Origin: an uncultured Candidatus Saccharibacteria bacterium
GTDB lineage: Bacteria; Patescibacteriota; Doudnabacteria; UBA920
Direction: 5' to 3'
Assembly (NCBI GenBank): GCA_964594755.1
Contig: CAZQMO010000005.1
Coordinates: 1,144-65,143 of the forward strand
Length of the DNA: 64,000 bases
Below, one piece after another: positions 49,441 through 57,802 of this stretch (its first letter is position 1; each line of letters opens with the position of its first letter). The notes beneath the pieces are model-generated. The model worked only from the letters and a program-made list of their open reading frames with translations. It was not told the DNA's origin and ran no database searches. The translations under genes were made by a program, and so were the position numbers.

Positions 49441-49854
49441 TTAATTGATATCCGTGTAGATATTAAAATCGCGCAAAAACAGATCTGGATCTGGCGTGCT
49501 GCCATATAACAAGTGATTAATATTATCCTCAAACATATTTTCAGGCTTCGGGCGGTCCTTGCCACGTAAACGCTGCCAGTTCTCCCACTGCTTGATAAAT
49601 TTAGTATAGTCTTCGGTGCCTACATCCCCAAACTGTTTATTGATGTGCTTATTCTTGATTTCGTTGACTTTACGAATAAATTGATCCTTATGCTGATCAG
49701 TAACATGGCCCTTAGTTCTGACTTCTTGCTTAATTTGCTCTATATCTTGATCAGCCATGATGTCTTTTATGATATCTTGGTTGCAAGCCATCCAAATTCT
49801 TTCAAACTCTTCTGCGTCTAAGGCGGGATTAGTGTTGATATTTTCCATAAACAT
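49441..49854 (-). CDS. hypothetical protein (137 aa) inserted between rpsO and pnp
   Basis: ORF with no recognisable motif. It occupies the normally short rpsO-pnp junction. Confidence 0.45.
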   Translation of the reverse strand: MFMENINTNPALDAEEFERIWMACNQDIIKDIMADQDIEQIKQEVRTKGHVTDQHKDQFIRKVNEIKNKHINKQFGDVGTEDYTKFIKQWENWQRLRGKDRPKPENMFEDNINHLLYGSTPDPDLFLRDFNIYTDIN

Positions 49855-49890
49855 TACAAAGCCCCACCTAAAAAGATGAGGCTCAAATCT

Positions 49891-50166
49891 TTAATTTGAA
49901 TCGCGCTTTAACTTCAGTTTGTCGGCAATCTTTTCATAGCGAGTCTGGTCTTCGCCTTTTAGGTAGCGAAGTAGTCTGCGGCGATTACCAACCATCTTCA
50001 GAAGTCCGCGGCGGGAGTGATTATCTTTACGGTGCTCCTTAAGGTGTTCGCTGACTTGTTCAATCTCTTTGGTAAGGATAGCGATCTGCACCTCAGGGGA
50101 GCCAGTATCATCTTTATGTACTTGGTACTTTTTGATGATGGCGTCTTTTTCCTTTTTAGTTAACAT
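49891..50166 (-). CDS. rpsO: 30S ribosomal protein S15
   Basis: 91 aa, S15-like. A long 5' UTR with a TTGCGA-17-TATAAT promoter near 50270-50300 (minus strand). Confidence 0.92.
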   Translation of the reverse strand: MLTKKEKDAIIKKYQVHKDDTGSPEVQIAILTKEIEQVSEHLKEHRKDNHSRRGLLKMVGNRRRLLRYLKGEDQTRYEKIADKLKLKRDSN

Positions 50167-50369
50167 ATACTTCTTGCCCTGCGTAGCTTCAGCGAGACAG
50201 GTCCTTTATGCACGTCGACTGCAGTATATTCAGCCGCGTAGTTAATTACTAGACGAATTATAACAATTATCGCCAAAAATCGCAAGTTTTGACCCTTGTC
50301 GCACAATTGAATAATTTACGACGCGGGTATATAATCAAACTAGCCTATTCTAAATGAAATCAAAACAAA

Positions 50370-51335
50370 ATGGCCGACCATCGAACTAGAATCGACAAGT
50401 ATATCCAAGACTTCCTAGACTACTGCGAAATTGAGCGAAATAAGAGCGATTTAACAATTCGCAATTATAAGCACTATCTCGCCCGTTTTTCTGATTTCTG
50501 CAAACAACATAGTATTTCCCGCCCTGAAGACGTTGATTTAGATACAGTTCGCAGCTTCCGTCTATATTTAAACCGGTTCGAAGACGACAAAGGCCGTCGT
50601 TTAAAGCTGATTACGCAAAATTATCATGTAATCGCTGTGCGGGCCTTTTTAAAATATTTAGCTAAACGCGACGTTAATACCCTGTCTGCAGAAAAAATTG
50701 AATTAGCTAAGAATCCTAGCCGTGAGGTGTCTGTGATGACCAATGAAGAAGTTCAGCGCATTAAAGATGCTACAGCTGAAGAAAAGAATGAGATGAATCG
50801 ACTTCGTGATGCTGCGATCTTGGAATTACTGTTTTCTAGTGGAATTCGTATTTCAGAGTTGGTTCAATTAAAAATTACCCAGTTAAACTTCAAAAGCGGT
50901 GAATTCACAGTTCGTGGTAAGGGCGACAAGCTAAGACTGTGTTTTATGTCTGAACAAGCCATAAAAGCCCTGCAGGCGTATTTAAAGAAGCGCCACGACA
51001 ATAATCCAGCTTTATTTGTTAGTCATTCCAAAATCGGTAATTCAGTTGAAAAGCAAATGGAGAGCGTGGGAGGGAATAGCAAGGTTCCGGGGTTAACCGC
51101 GCGCAGTGTACAAAGACTGGTACAAAAATACGCCATGCTGGCAGGGATTATGCATAAAGTCACGCCGCATACATTCCGGCATTCATTTGCCACTGATTTG
51201 CTTCAAAATGGCGCGGATATTCGTAGCGTGCAAACCTTGCTAGGCCACGCCTCAATTACTACCACTCAAATCTATACTCACGTCACAAACCAGCAATTAA
51301 GGGATGTGCACAAAAAATTCCATAATAAAAAATAG
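50370..51335 (+). CDS. tyrosine recombinase of the XerC/XerD type
   Basis: 321 aa; N-terminal SAM-like core-binding domain; C-terminal HTFRHSFATDLL...LLGHASITTTQIYTHV (R..H..RH..Y). Confidence 0.85.
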   Translation: MADHRTRIDKYIQDFLDYCEIERNKSDLTIRNYKHYLARFSDFCKQHSISRPEDVDLDTVRSFRLYLNRFEDDKGRRLKLITQNYHVIAVRAFLKYLAKRDVNTLSAEKIELAKNPSREVSVMTNEEVQRIKDATAEEKNEMNRLRDAAILELLFSSGIRISELVQLKITQLNFKSGEFTVRGKGDKLRLCFMSEQAIKALQAYLKKRHDNNPALFVSHSKIGNSVEKQMESVGGNSKVPGLTARSVQRLVQKYAMLAGIMHKVTPHTFRHSFATDLLQNGADIRSVQTLLGHASITTTQIYTHVTNQQLRDVHKKFHNKK

Positions 51336-51341
51336 TCTGGC

Positions 51342-51400
51342 TTGACCTTGGATTTAGGTCAGTTATAATTGATTCCTGACCTAAAAATCAAATAGGAGGA
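51342..51400 (+). promoter_or_regulatory. consensus promoter TTGACC-16-TATAAT overlapped by a 9-bp inverted repeat (TTAGGTCAG-N13-CTGACCTAA), an operator-like site
   Basis: Direct reading. AGGAGG lies at 51394-51399 and the ATG at 51409. Confidence 0.55.
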
Positions 51401-51408
51401 ATCACCGG

Positions 51409-52209
51409 ATGCAGAATATCCTCAGAAAGCTCATCTTCGCAACAGCTATCTTTCTGATGTTTGTTGCGATCGTGAAGTGTCAATCTGTTACTTTTGGAAA
51501 CCAATCTAGCTTGCCGGCTTCCGAAACGGAGCCAGAGTGGAAATTCTCCTTCAACACAACTTTCCAAAGCAAACTAGAAACAAACAACAAACTGCCTTTA
51601 ATCGAAGCGCCAGTGACGTTTGTCAGCGGGAAGTTTACCAAAACAGATCGTTATGGGGTAACTCAACTCCAATCGAATCTAGGATTGAGTAGCAGGCGAA
51701 ACGAAGCTCAGCATTATTACGGCGTTAAGCTGAGCAGAACACAGAACCTCAACCAAACTCTTGACTTAAACGTAGGTGGTTCTTACCACTTTACTCGGAA
51801 CAGGAGATTCGCCACGGTCTACAGCAGTTTAAACGCCAAAGTGTTGGGACCTGAAAAAAATACAACGAGTTCTGGTCCTCAACTAACACACAGTGAACTC
51901 TTTGCAAAAGTGGAATATTTTACCCCAACTGAATCGGGACTTCAGCTCCACAAAGGATTTACTGTCTCTGGAGGTTGGGACAACCAGTTCCAAGTCGGAC
52001 GAATCTGGTTGCAACCTAGTGTCCAGTACATCTGGGATCATGGAGCGCTAGAAAAAGGGCAGCGAAAGATCGGAAACATTGATTTTACGATTGGCTACCA
52101 ATTCAACAAACTTTGCATCGGTGGAGGACTCGACTATTCGAGATTTTTCTCGGGTCGACCTAACGAACGCAATTCATTGGTGGGCAAAGTCTTTGTCCGT
52201 TACAACTAA
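51409..52209 (+). CDS. hypothetical secreted beta-rich protein (signal peptide; alternating hydrophobic pattern, OMP-like)
   Basis: 266 aa. N-terminus MQNILRKLIFATAIFLMFVAIV. Ends ...KVFVRYN. Confidence 0.5.
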   Translation: MQNILRKLIFATAIFLMFVAIVKCQSVTFGNQSSLPASETEPEWKFSFNTTFQSKLETNNKLPLIEAPVTFVSGKFTKTDRYGVTQLQSNLGLSSRRNEAQHYYGVKLSRTQNLNQTLDLNVGGSYHFTRNRRFATVYSSLNAKVLGPEKNTTSSGPQLTHSELFAKVEYFTPTESGLQLHKGFTVSGGWDNQFQVGRIWLQPSVQYIWDHGALEKGQRKIGNIDFTIGYQFNKLCIGGGLDYSRFFSGRPNERNSLVGKVFVRYN

Positions 52210-52272
52210 CAATTTAGGTATCACTTCGGTGGTACCTTTCTTTATTTTCAAATTCTGTGTAAAATATACGGC

Positions 52273-53229
52273 ATGTCCAAGAATTTTTGGAAAACTTTAC
52301 CTAAACCAATCATGGCCCTGGCGCCACTGTACGATGTGACTGATGAAGCGTTCCGACGCATCATCGCTAAGTACGGTAAGCCTGATGTCTTTTTTACCGA
52401 GTTCGTTTCTACTGATGGCTTAATGAGCGCTGGTCGAGAAAAATTAATCCATCATTTATGGCTCAGTGATGGTGAGCATCCTGTGGTCGCCCAAATATTT
52501 GGTACCAAGCCAGAGAAGTTTCGTGATACTGCCAAACTCGCAGGCGAACTTGGCTTTGACGGTATTGATATTAATATGGGTTGTCCTGATAAAAGTATTA
52601 TCAAAACCGGTTCTTGCGCCGGCTTATTTCACACACCAGATTTAGCCAAAGAAATTATTTTAGCTGCCAAAGAAGGAGCTGGTGATTTACCTGTGTCATG
52701 TAAAATCAGAATTGGTGACACCAAGGTTGATTGGCAAAACTGGATTGGGAAATTACTGGAAGCCGAGCCTGCTAATATTTCCATTCATCTACGAACTCGT
52801 AAAGAAATGTCTAAAGTTCCTGCGCATTGGGAACTTATGCCAGAGATTGTAAAATTTATTCACGATGAGACCACACCAGAAACAAGACCGGTGATTATCG
52901 GTAACGGTGATGTTGGTTCAGTACAAGAGGCGAAGCAGAAAGTTGCTGAAACTGGTTGTGACGGCGTAATGATGGGCCGCGCCATCTTTGGTAATCCTTG
53001 GTTGTTTTCTGAACACCAGCCAACTCGGGAAGAGAAATTAACAGTTCTAATAGAGCACGTTAAACTTTATGACGAATTATTTCACGACATCAAACACTTT
53101 GACGTGATGAAAAGACACTTTAAAGCGTACATCAATGGTTTTGACGGCGCAGCTGAGTTACGCGCAAAATTATACGAATGCAAAACTGCAGCCGAAGTCG
53201 CAGAGATTATTCAGGCAGAACTTGATTAA
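52273..53229 (+). CDS. dus: tRNA-dihydrouridine synthase
   Basis: 318 aa. LAPLYDVTDEAFRR...FTEFVSTD plus the TIM-barrel Dus pattern. Confidence 0.85.
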   Translation: MSKNFWKTLPKPIMALAPLYDVTDEAFRRIIAKYGKPDVFFTEFVSTDGLMSAGREKLIHHLWLSDGEHPVVAQIFGTKPEKFRDTAKLAGELGFDGIDINMGCPDKSIIKTGSCAGLFHTPDLAKEIILAAKEGAGDLPVSCKIRIGDTKVDWQNWIGKLLEAEPANISIHLRTRKEMSKVPAHWELMPEIVKFIHDETTPETRPVIIGNGDVGSVQEAKQKVAETGCDGVMMGRAIFGNPWLFSEHQPTREEKLTVLIEHVKLYDELFHDIKHFDVMKRHFKAYINGFDGAAELRAKLYECKTAAEVAEIIQAELD

Positions 53230-53250
53230 TTCTCTATTTTTCATTATAAT
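53222..53250 (+). promoter_or_regulatory. sigma70 promoter TTGATT-17-TATAAT driving the leader plus tRNA-Arg(GCG)
   Basis: ttgatt at 53222-53227 and tataat at 53245-53250. Places the Box A/Box B leader within the transcript. Confidence 0.6.
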
Positions 53251-53280
53251 TCTTTAGTTGTTACTCTAGACCATATTCAC

Positions 53281-53390
53281 ACTTGGGCCGAGCAGAGCGA
53301 GGTTAAGCGTGAATGTGGAAGGAGTAGTTTACGGAGGGCGGTAGAAATTGGCTTTAGCCGATTTCGTAAGCCCGAAGAAAACTACGACGT
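53281..53390 (+). promoter_or_regulatory. structured tRNA leader: Box A ACTTGGGCCGAG, Box B GGTTAAGCGTGAATGTGGAAGGAG, then a 7-bp-stem hairpin (GUAGUUU...AAACUAC) and CGAC immediately before the tRNA
   Basis: Same boxes as the rpsL leader (17911-18010) and as 53673-53699. Confidence 0.5.
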
Positions 53391-53467
53391 GCACCCGTAG
53401 CTCAGCTGGATAGAGCGTTCGCTTGCGGAGCGAGAGGTCATAGGTTCGAATCCTGTCGGGTGCACCA
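53391..53467 (+). tRNA. tRNA-Arg with the unusual anticodon GCG
   Basis: Manual cloverleaf: acceptor GCACCCG/CGGGUGC; D GCUC-AGCUGGAUA-GAGC; anticodon stem UUCGC/GCGAG with loop UUGCGGA; T AUAGG-UUCGAAU-CCUGU; CCA encoded. Confidence 0.7.
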
Positions 53468-53469
53468 CG

Positions 53470-53491
53470 AAAACCGCAAACAGCGGTTTTT
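53470..53491 (+). terminator. intrinsic terminator (aaaaccgc-aaaca-gcggttttt), followed by an extended -10 (TGTTATAAT, 53491-53499)
   Basis: Direct reading. Confidence 0.65.
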
Positions 53492-53510
53492 GTTATAATA
53501 TAAGCATCAC

Positions 53511-53548
53511 GGCTCCGAAGCTCAGTTGGATAGAGCAGGGGCTTCGAG
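53511..53548 (+). pseudogene. tRNA 5'-half fragment: diverged duplicate of the acceptor, D-arm and anticodon stem of the downstream tRNA-Arg(UCU)
   Basis: GGCUCCGAAGCUCAGUUGGAUAGAGCAGGGGCUUCGAG versus GGCCUCGUAGCUCAGUUGGAUAGAGCAGGGGACUUCUAAG. No 3' half follows. Confidence 0.6.
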
Positions 53549-53570
53549 TAATTAATGAACTCTTGCTGAT

Positions 53571-53647
53571 GGCCTCGTAGCTCAGTTGGATAGAGCAGGG
53601 GACTTCTAAGCCCAAGGTCACTGGTTCGATCCCAGTCGAGGCCACCA
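53571..53647 (+). tRNA. tRNA-Arg (anticodon UCU), flanked by an 11-bp leader/trailer inverted repeat (53548-53558 and 53646-53656)
   Basis: Acceptor GGCCUCG/CGAGGCC; D-arm GCUC-AGUUGGAUA-GAGC; anticodon loop CUUCUAA; T-arm ACUGG-UUCGAUC-CCAGU; CCA encoded. The anticodon stem shows two non-Watson-Crick closing pairs in my fold. Confidence 0.7.
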
Positions 53648-53672
53648 GCAAGAGTTTATGGACAACTTTCTT

Positions 53673-53814
53673 ACTTGGGCCGAGCAAAGCGAGGTTAAGT
53701 AAAAAAGCTAAAGGAGTATCGGCGAAGCTGAGTTGCGACCCAACGAAAGTTGGCGTCGCACGGGTGCAGCCCGATACGACGCGGTCACTGGTTCGATCCC
53801 AGTCGAGGCCACCA
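53673..53814 (+). other. leader-like module (Box A, GGTTAAG, a GUAUCGG...CCGAUAC hairpin with an internal GNRA hairpin) fused to a 34-nt exact copy of the tRNA-Arg(UCU) 3' end (T-arm, acceptor 3' strand, CCA)
   Basis: 53781-53814 is identical to 53614-53647. No matching 5' acceptor strand is present. Confidence 0.6.
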
Positions 53815-53874
53815 GTTCAATTGTTACCATAAACATTTCCCTATCGTTATAAATGTGAGTAACAAAGGAGTTTA

Positions 53875-54198
53875 ATGAATAAATCCAAAGTGCTTTTACA
53901 TAGTTTTGGCCATGCAATCGGTGTCTTAGCGTATATCAGCCTAGTGGTCACCTTGATGACTAATCTAGAAAAGTACTTCGCCAACACGCCAGATACCTTT
54001 ATGGCGCCGATTGCAATGTTGTTATTACTGGTACTCTCAGTTGCGGTTATGGCCATTCTTGTGTTCGGTCGTCCTATCTATTTATTTTTGAATAATTTCA
54101 AGCGAGAAGCATTTTTCTTTTTAGGATACACATTAGGATGGCTGTTATTATTCGTCATCATAGCTTTTATCACAATATTCATAGTTACAGTAAAATAA
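53875..54198 (+). CDS. hypothetical small membrane protein (3 TM segments)
   Basis: 107 aa; SD aaggag. Confidence 0.5.
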   Translation: MNKSKVLLHSFGHAIGVLAYISLVVTLMTNLEKYFANTPDTFMAPIAMLLLLVLSVAVMAILVFGRPIYLFLNNFKREAFFFLGYTLGWLLLFVIIAFITIFIVTVK

Positions 54199-54201
54199 TT
54201 C

Positions 54202-54885
54202 ATGCAAGAACGCGTCCAAAAATTTTTAAGTGAGCAGGGGATAGCTTCTCGGCGCAAAGCTGAGGAGTTTATTAAGTCTGGGCAGGTATCAATTAATGGG
54301 CGCAAAGCCAAGCTTGGCGACAAAGTTGATCCAGAAAAAGATGAGGTAAAAGTTTACGGTAAAATAGTAAAACGCTCTGAGCGCAAAATTTACATCGCAT
54401 TAAACAAACCAAAAGGTGTTGTTGTGAGCAAAAGTGATCCACGTAGACGCAAAACTGTGTTTTCCCTACTACCAGAAGATTTGCGAAACAAAGTTCATAA
54501 TGTTGGTCGCTTAGACTATGATACCGAAGGCTTGTTATTACTGACGAACGACGGTGATTTAACGCAAGAACTCTCCCACCCCAAATACGAACATGACAAA
54601 GAATATGAAGTCATCACCGATGCAGAACCTAAGCCTGCTCAATTAGAGAAGCTTCGCGATGGTATTGAATTACCAACCGGGCTCACCTCCCCTGCTAAAA
54701 TCAAACAACGCAGCGGCAAAATATATATTACTGTACACGAAGGTAAGAAACGACAAGTCCGCCGCATGTTCAATGCAGTTGGCTTAGGCGTGCACAATCT
54801 CAAAAGAGTCCGCATCAATAAGCTCACTCTCCCCGACATCCCTGCTGGTGAGTATATTGAAGTTCAGAAAAACGATATACTATAA
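54202..54885 (+). CDS. pseudouridine synthase, RsuA/RluB family (S4 domain plus catalytic domain)
   Basis: 227 aa; N-terminal S4 region (GIASRRKAEEFIKSGQVSINGRK); catalytic GRLDYDTEGLLL. Confidence 0.85.
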   Translation: MQERVQKFLSEQGIASRRKAEEFIKSGQVSINGRKAKLGDKVDPEKDEVKVYGKIVKRSERKIYIALNKPKGVVVSKSDPRRRKTVFSLLPEDLRNKVHNVGRLDYDTEGLLLLTNDGDLTQELSHPKYEHDKEYEVITDAEPKPAQLEKLRDGIELPTGLTSPAKIKQRSGKIYITVHEGKKRQVRRMFNAVGLGVHNLKRVRINKLTLPDIPAGEYIEVQKNDIL

Positions 54886-54888
54886 ATC

Positions 54889-55662
54889 ATGTTAAAACAT
54901 CCACAAAATAAAACAGCCAAAATCGTTTGGCTGATTATATTTTCCTCAGTGTTAGTAGCTGGGGTGATTTTGGTGACCAAAGATAACTCCCCTGCAGCTG
55001 AGTTAACTCAAGAACCACTCTTCACTAACCCAGATTCCCCTGCACCAACTGTAGAGACTCCTGAAAAAGAAACTATCACTCCCCCAGCCCAGTTAAAGCT
55101 AGTAGTCCCATTCACGTCACAAGCTCCAACTGCGAATTGGGATGAACTTCACAATGAGGCTTGTGAGGAAGCAAGTGTGATTATGGCTTGGGCTTATTTC
55201 AATAACATTACTTCTCTGCCTCCTGCCACAGTTGAAAGAGAAATTACCAAACTTACTAATTGGCAACAAACTAACTACGGTTATTATCTGAGTATTACTA
55301 CTTTAGAAACAGCTCGTATGGCCAAGGAAGTTTATGGCTTGAATGCAGAAGTTACAAATTATAGTACACAAAAAATCAAGCAAGCTTTGGCAGAAGATAA
55401 GTTAGTGATTGTTCCGGCTCAAGGACAATTACTAGGCAATCCCAACTTCACTCCTCCAGGACCGCCATATCACATGCTAGTCATCACCGGATATTACACC
55501 AAAAACGGGGTTGATTACTTTATTACCAATGATCCTGGTACTCGTCGTGGTAAAGATTATGAATACACATTTGAAACCATGAGCACAGCTGCTGGAAATT
55601 ACTCTCACACCACAAAAGAAGTCAGTACTTTAGAACAAGACATAATAATCGTAAGTAAATAA
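54889..55662 (+). CDS. membrane-anchored papain-like cysteine peptidase, C39-like (tentative)
   Basis: 257 aa; N-terminal TM segment. QAPTANWDELHNEACEEASVIMAWAY (Cys region), PYHMLVITGY (His) and NDPG resemble the Peptidase_C39_2 arrangement. Confidence 0.4.
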   Translation: MLKHPQNKTAKIVWLIIFSSVLVAGVILVTKDNSPAAELTQEPLFTNPDSPAPTVETPEKETITPPAQLKLVVPFTSQAPTANWDELHNEACEEASVIMAWAYFNNITSLPPATVEREITKLTNWQQTNYGYYLSITTLETARMAKEVYGLNAEVTNYSTQKIKQALAEDKLVIVPAQGQLLGNPNFTPPGPPYHMLVITGYYTKNGVDYFITNDPGTRRGKDYEYTFETMSTAAGNYSHTTKEVSTLEQDIIIVSK

Positions 55663-55701
55663 AAATCGAAACATAAAAAGAGGCGCGAGCCTCTTCTCGG
55701 G

Positions 55702-55965
55702 TTATAACTCCGGTAGCGAATCTATGTACGCTTCCTGTTTTGCTGATAATTTTCGCCATGATGAGGCGTCTCCGCCTTGCCCACAAATACCACTACGATA
55801 AACTTTAATTTGGGCTTGGCAACCACTCCGTACACACTTGGTAAGACCTTTTTGAACTGCAAAACTCCAAACAAGTATACTTCCGTCATCTTTCAATGGT
55901 TCTCGATGATGCGGCTCTTGACTGGGCTTATGAAAACCAAGTCTACAGAGCAACTGGTATATCAT
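55702..55965 (-). CDS. hypothetical small Cys-containing protein (87 aa)
   Basis: Very strong SD aggaggtg. CVRSGCQ...SGICGQ, four Cys residues. A bidirectional terminator lies at 55676-55700. Confidence 0.45.
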   Translation of the reverse strand: MIYQLLCRLGFHKPSQEPHHREPLKDDGSILVWSFAVQKGLTKCVRSGCQAQIKVYRSGICGQGGDASSWRKLSAKQEAYIDSLPEL

Positions 55966-56022
55966 ATTTCACCTCCTATGATTTTAGGTAGATTAGCAGT
56001 TTATATAGTATAATTCAATTCT

Positions 56023-57765
56023 ATGAAATTACTTTGGGACTATTTAAAAAATTATAAAGGACTGTTAGCAGGGGCGTTGGTGCTAGCAGCTATCAACCAA
56101 ATTTTTTCTTTGCTTGATCCGCAAATTTTTCGAATCTTAATTGACCGCTACGCCAACCGCTTTGCCGAACTCAGCGCCCGAGATTATCTAGAAGGGGTGG
56201 CTTTGCTATTGCTTGCCACTATGGTAGTAGCATTTATTTCACGCGTAGCCAAAAGTTTTCAAGATTACTACACCAATGTCATCACTCAACGTCTCGGCGC
56301 CAAATTGTATAACAATAGTGTGACTCATTCATTCTCACTCCCCTACGCAGTATTCGAAGACCAACGTAGCGGTGAATTCTTGGCCAAACTTACTGCCGCG
56401 CGCAACGATAGTCAGAAACTCATCCAACTAGCCATCAACACCTTGTTCTTTACTTTAGTTGGTGTGGTATTTGTCTTGATTTATGCCTTTATCGTTCACT
56501 GGAGCATCGGTTTAGTTTATGTTTTAATGATTCCTTCATTAGCTGCGGTAACTTTTTGGATTACTCGCAAGATTAAGGCAGCCCAAACTGAAATCGTCAC
56601 CGAAACTCAAGCTTTGGCAGGTTCAACGACCGAAACTTTGCGCAATGTTGAATTAGTAAAATCACTTGGGTTAGAAGGACAAGAAATCACTCGCCTCAAC
56701 GAAACCAACGAAAAAATTCTGGCTCTAGAACTCAAAAAGGTTCGTATGATTCGCACTTACAGTTTCGTCCAAGGAACATTGATCAACGGTTTGCGAATGG
56801 CCTTAATGCTGCTTATGTTATGGCTAATCTACACTGGACAAATCACCCTCGGTGAGTTCTTTAGTTTGCTATTCTATTCATTCTTTATTTTCAACCCACT
56901 CTCAATGCTCGGTGATGTATCTACGAGCTACCAAGAAACTAAGGCTAGTTTAGAAAAACTTGAAGAAATCTTGGCACAACCAGCTGAAACCAAACCAGAA
57001 AACCCAATCGCGGTAAAGGATATAGAGAATATTACTTTCGACAACGTTTCCTTTGGTTATCAAAGTGGAAATGATGAAGCGCTAAAGAACATTTCTCTCA
57101 ACATTGAAGCTGGGAAAACCGTTGCCTTTGTCGGACCAAGCGGTAGCGGAAAATCCACCACTGTAAAGTTGATCGTCGGATTATATCAACCGACAGCGGG
57201 AACAATTTCTTTCAACAAAACTGCTGGTAACCAAATCGATTTTGTTGCCTTACGCAACCGTATTGGCTTAGTTGCTCAAGATACTCAGTTATTTGCCGGC
57301 ACCATTAGAGAAAATTTATTATTTGTCCGTCCTGATGCCACGGACAGCGAAGCCATTCGTGCTTTGGAATCAGCCAGTGCGCATAGTCTCCTAGAACGCG
57401 GTGGTAAAGGATTAGATACTAGGATTGGTGAAGGCGGGTTAAAACTTTCTGGTGGTGAAAAACAGCGCTTAGCCATTGCCCGTGCCCTACTCCGCAATCC
57501 AGACATCTTAATCTTTGATGAAGCGACTTCAAGTTTAGACTCCATTACTGAAGAACAGATTACTAACACAATTAAAGACGTAGAACAACAGCATCCTGAA
57601 TTGATAAGAATTTTAGTTGCTCACCGCTTATCTACAATTATGCACGCCGACACTATCTATGTTCTAGAAAAAGGTTACTTGGTTGAACAAGGAACTCACG
57701 ATGAGTTACTCAAACAAAACGGACTCTACTCTGCCCTCTGGCGCCAACAAGTGGCCAGTAAATAA
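56023..57765 (+). CDS. ABC transporter, fused permease/ATPase exporter (MsbA-like)
   Basis: 580 aa, 6 TM segments. Walker A GPSGSGKST; signature LSGGEKQRLAIARAL; Walker B ILIFDEATSSLD. Confidence 0.9.
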   Translation: MKLLWDYLKNYKGLLAGALVLAAINQIFSLLDPQIFRILIDRYANRFAELSARDYLEGVALLLLATMVVAFISRVAKSFQDYYTNVITQRLGAKLYNNSVTHSFSLPYAVFEDQRSGEFLAKLTAARNDSQKLIQLAINTLFFTLVGVVFVLIYAFIVHWSIGLVYVLMIPSLAAVTFWITRKIKAAQTEIVTETQALAGSTTETLRNVELVKSLGLEGQEITRLNETNEKILALELKKVRMIRTYSFVQGTLINGLRMALMLLMLWLIYTGQITLGEFFSLLFYSFFIFNPLSMLGDVSTSYQETKASLEKLEEILAQPAETKPENPIAVKDIENITFDNVSFGYQSGNDEALKNISLNIEAGKTVAFVGPSGSGKSTTVKLIVGLYQPTAGTISFNKTAGNQIDFVALRNRIGLVAQDTQLFAGTIRENLLFVRPDATDSEAIRALESASAHSLLERGGKGLDTRIGEGGLKLSGGEKQRLAIARALLRNPDILIFDEATSSLDSITEEQITNTIKDVEQQHPELIRILVAHRLSTIMHADTIYVLEKGYLVEQGTHDELLKQNGLYSALWRQQVASK

Positions 57766-57802
57766 AAAAACTCGCCCTGAGCTTGTCCTAGGGCGAGTTT
57801 TA

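Noticed and set aside
53301-53308. Box B GGTTAAGC read as an integron attC R' core (GTTRRRY)
   Set aside because: It is a 7-nt match only. There is no intI, no R''/L''/L' architecture and no cassette array. The motif lies in a transcribed leader shared with rpsL.
53673-53814. Permuted (two-piece) tmRNA or tRNA-like minihelix gene
   Set aside because: No tag-peptide reading frame or pseudoknot region was found. The T-arm and acceptor segment is an exact copy of the neighbouring tRNA-Arg 3' end, which favours a duplication scar.
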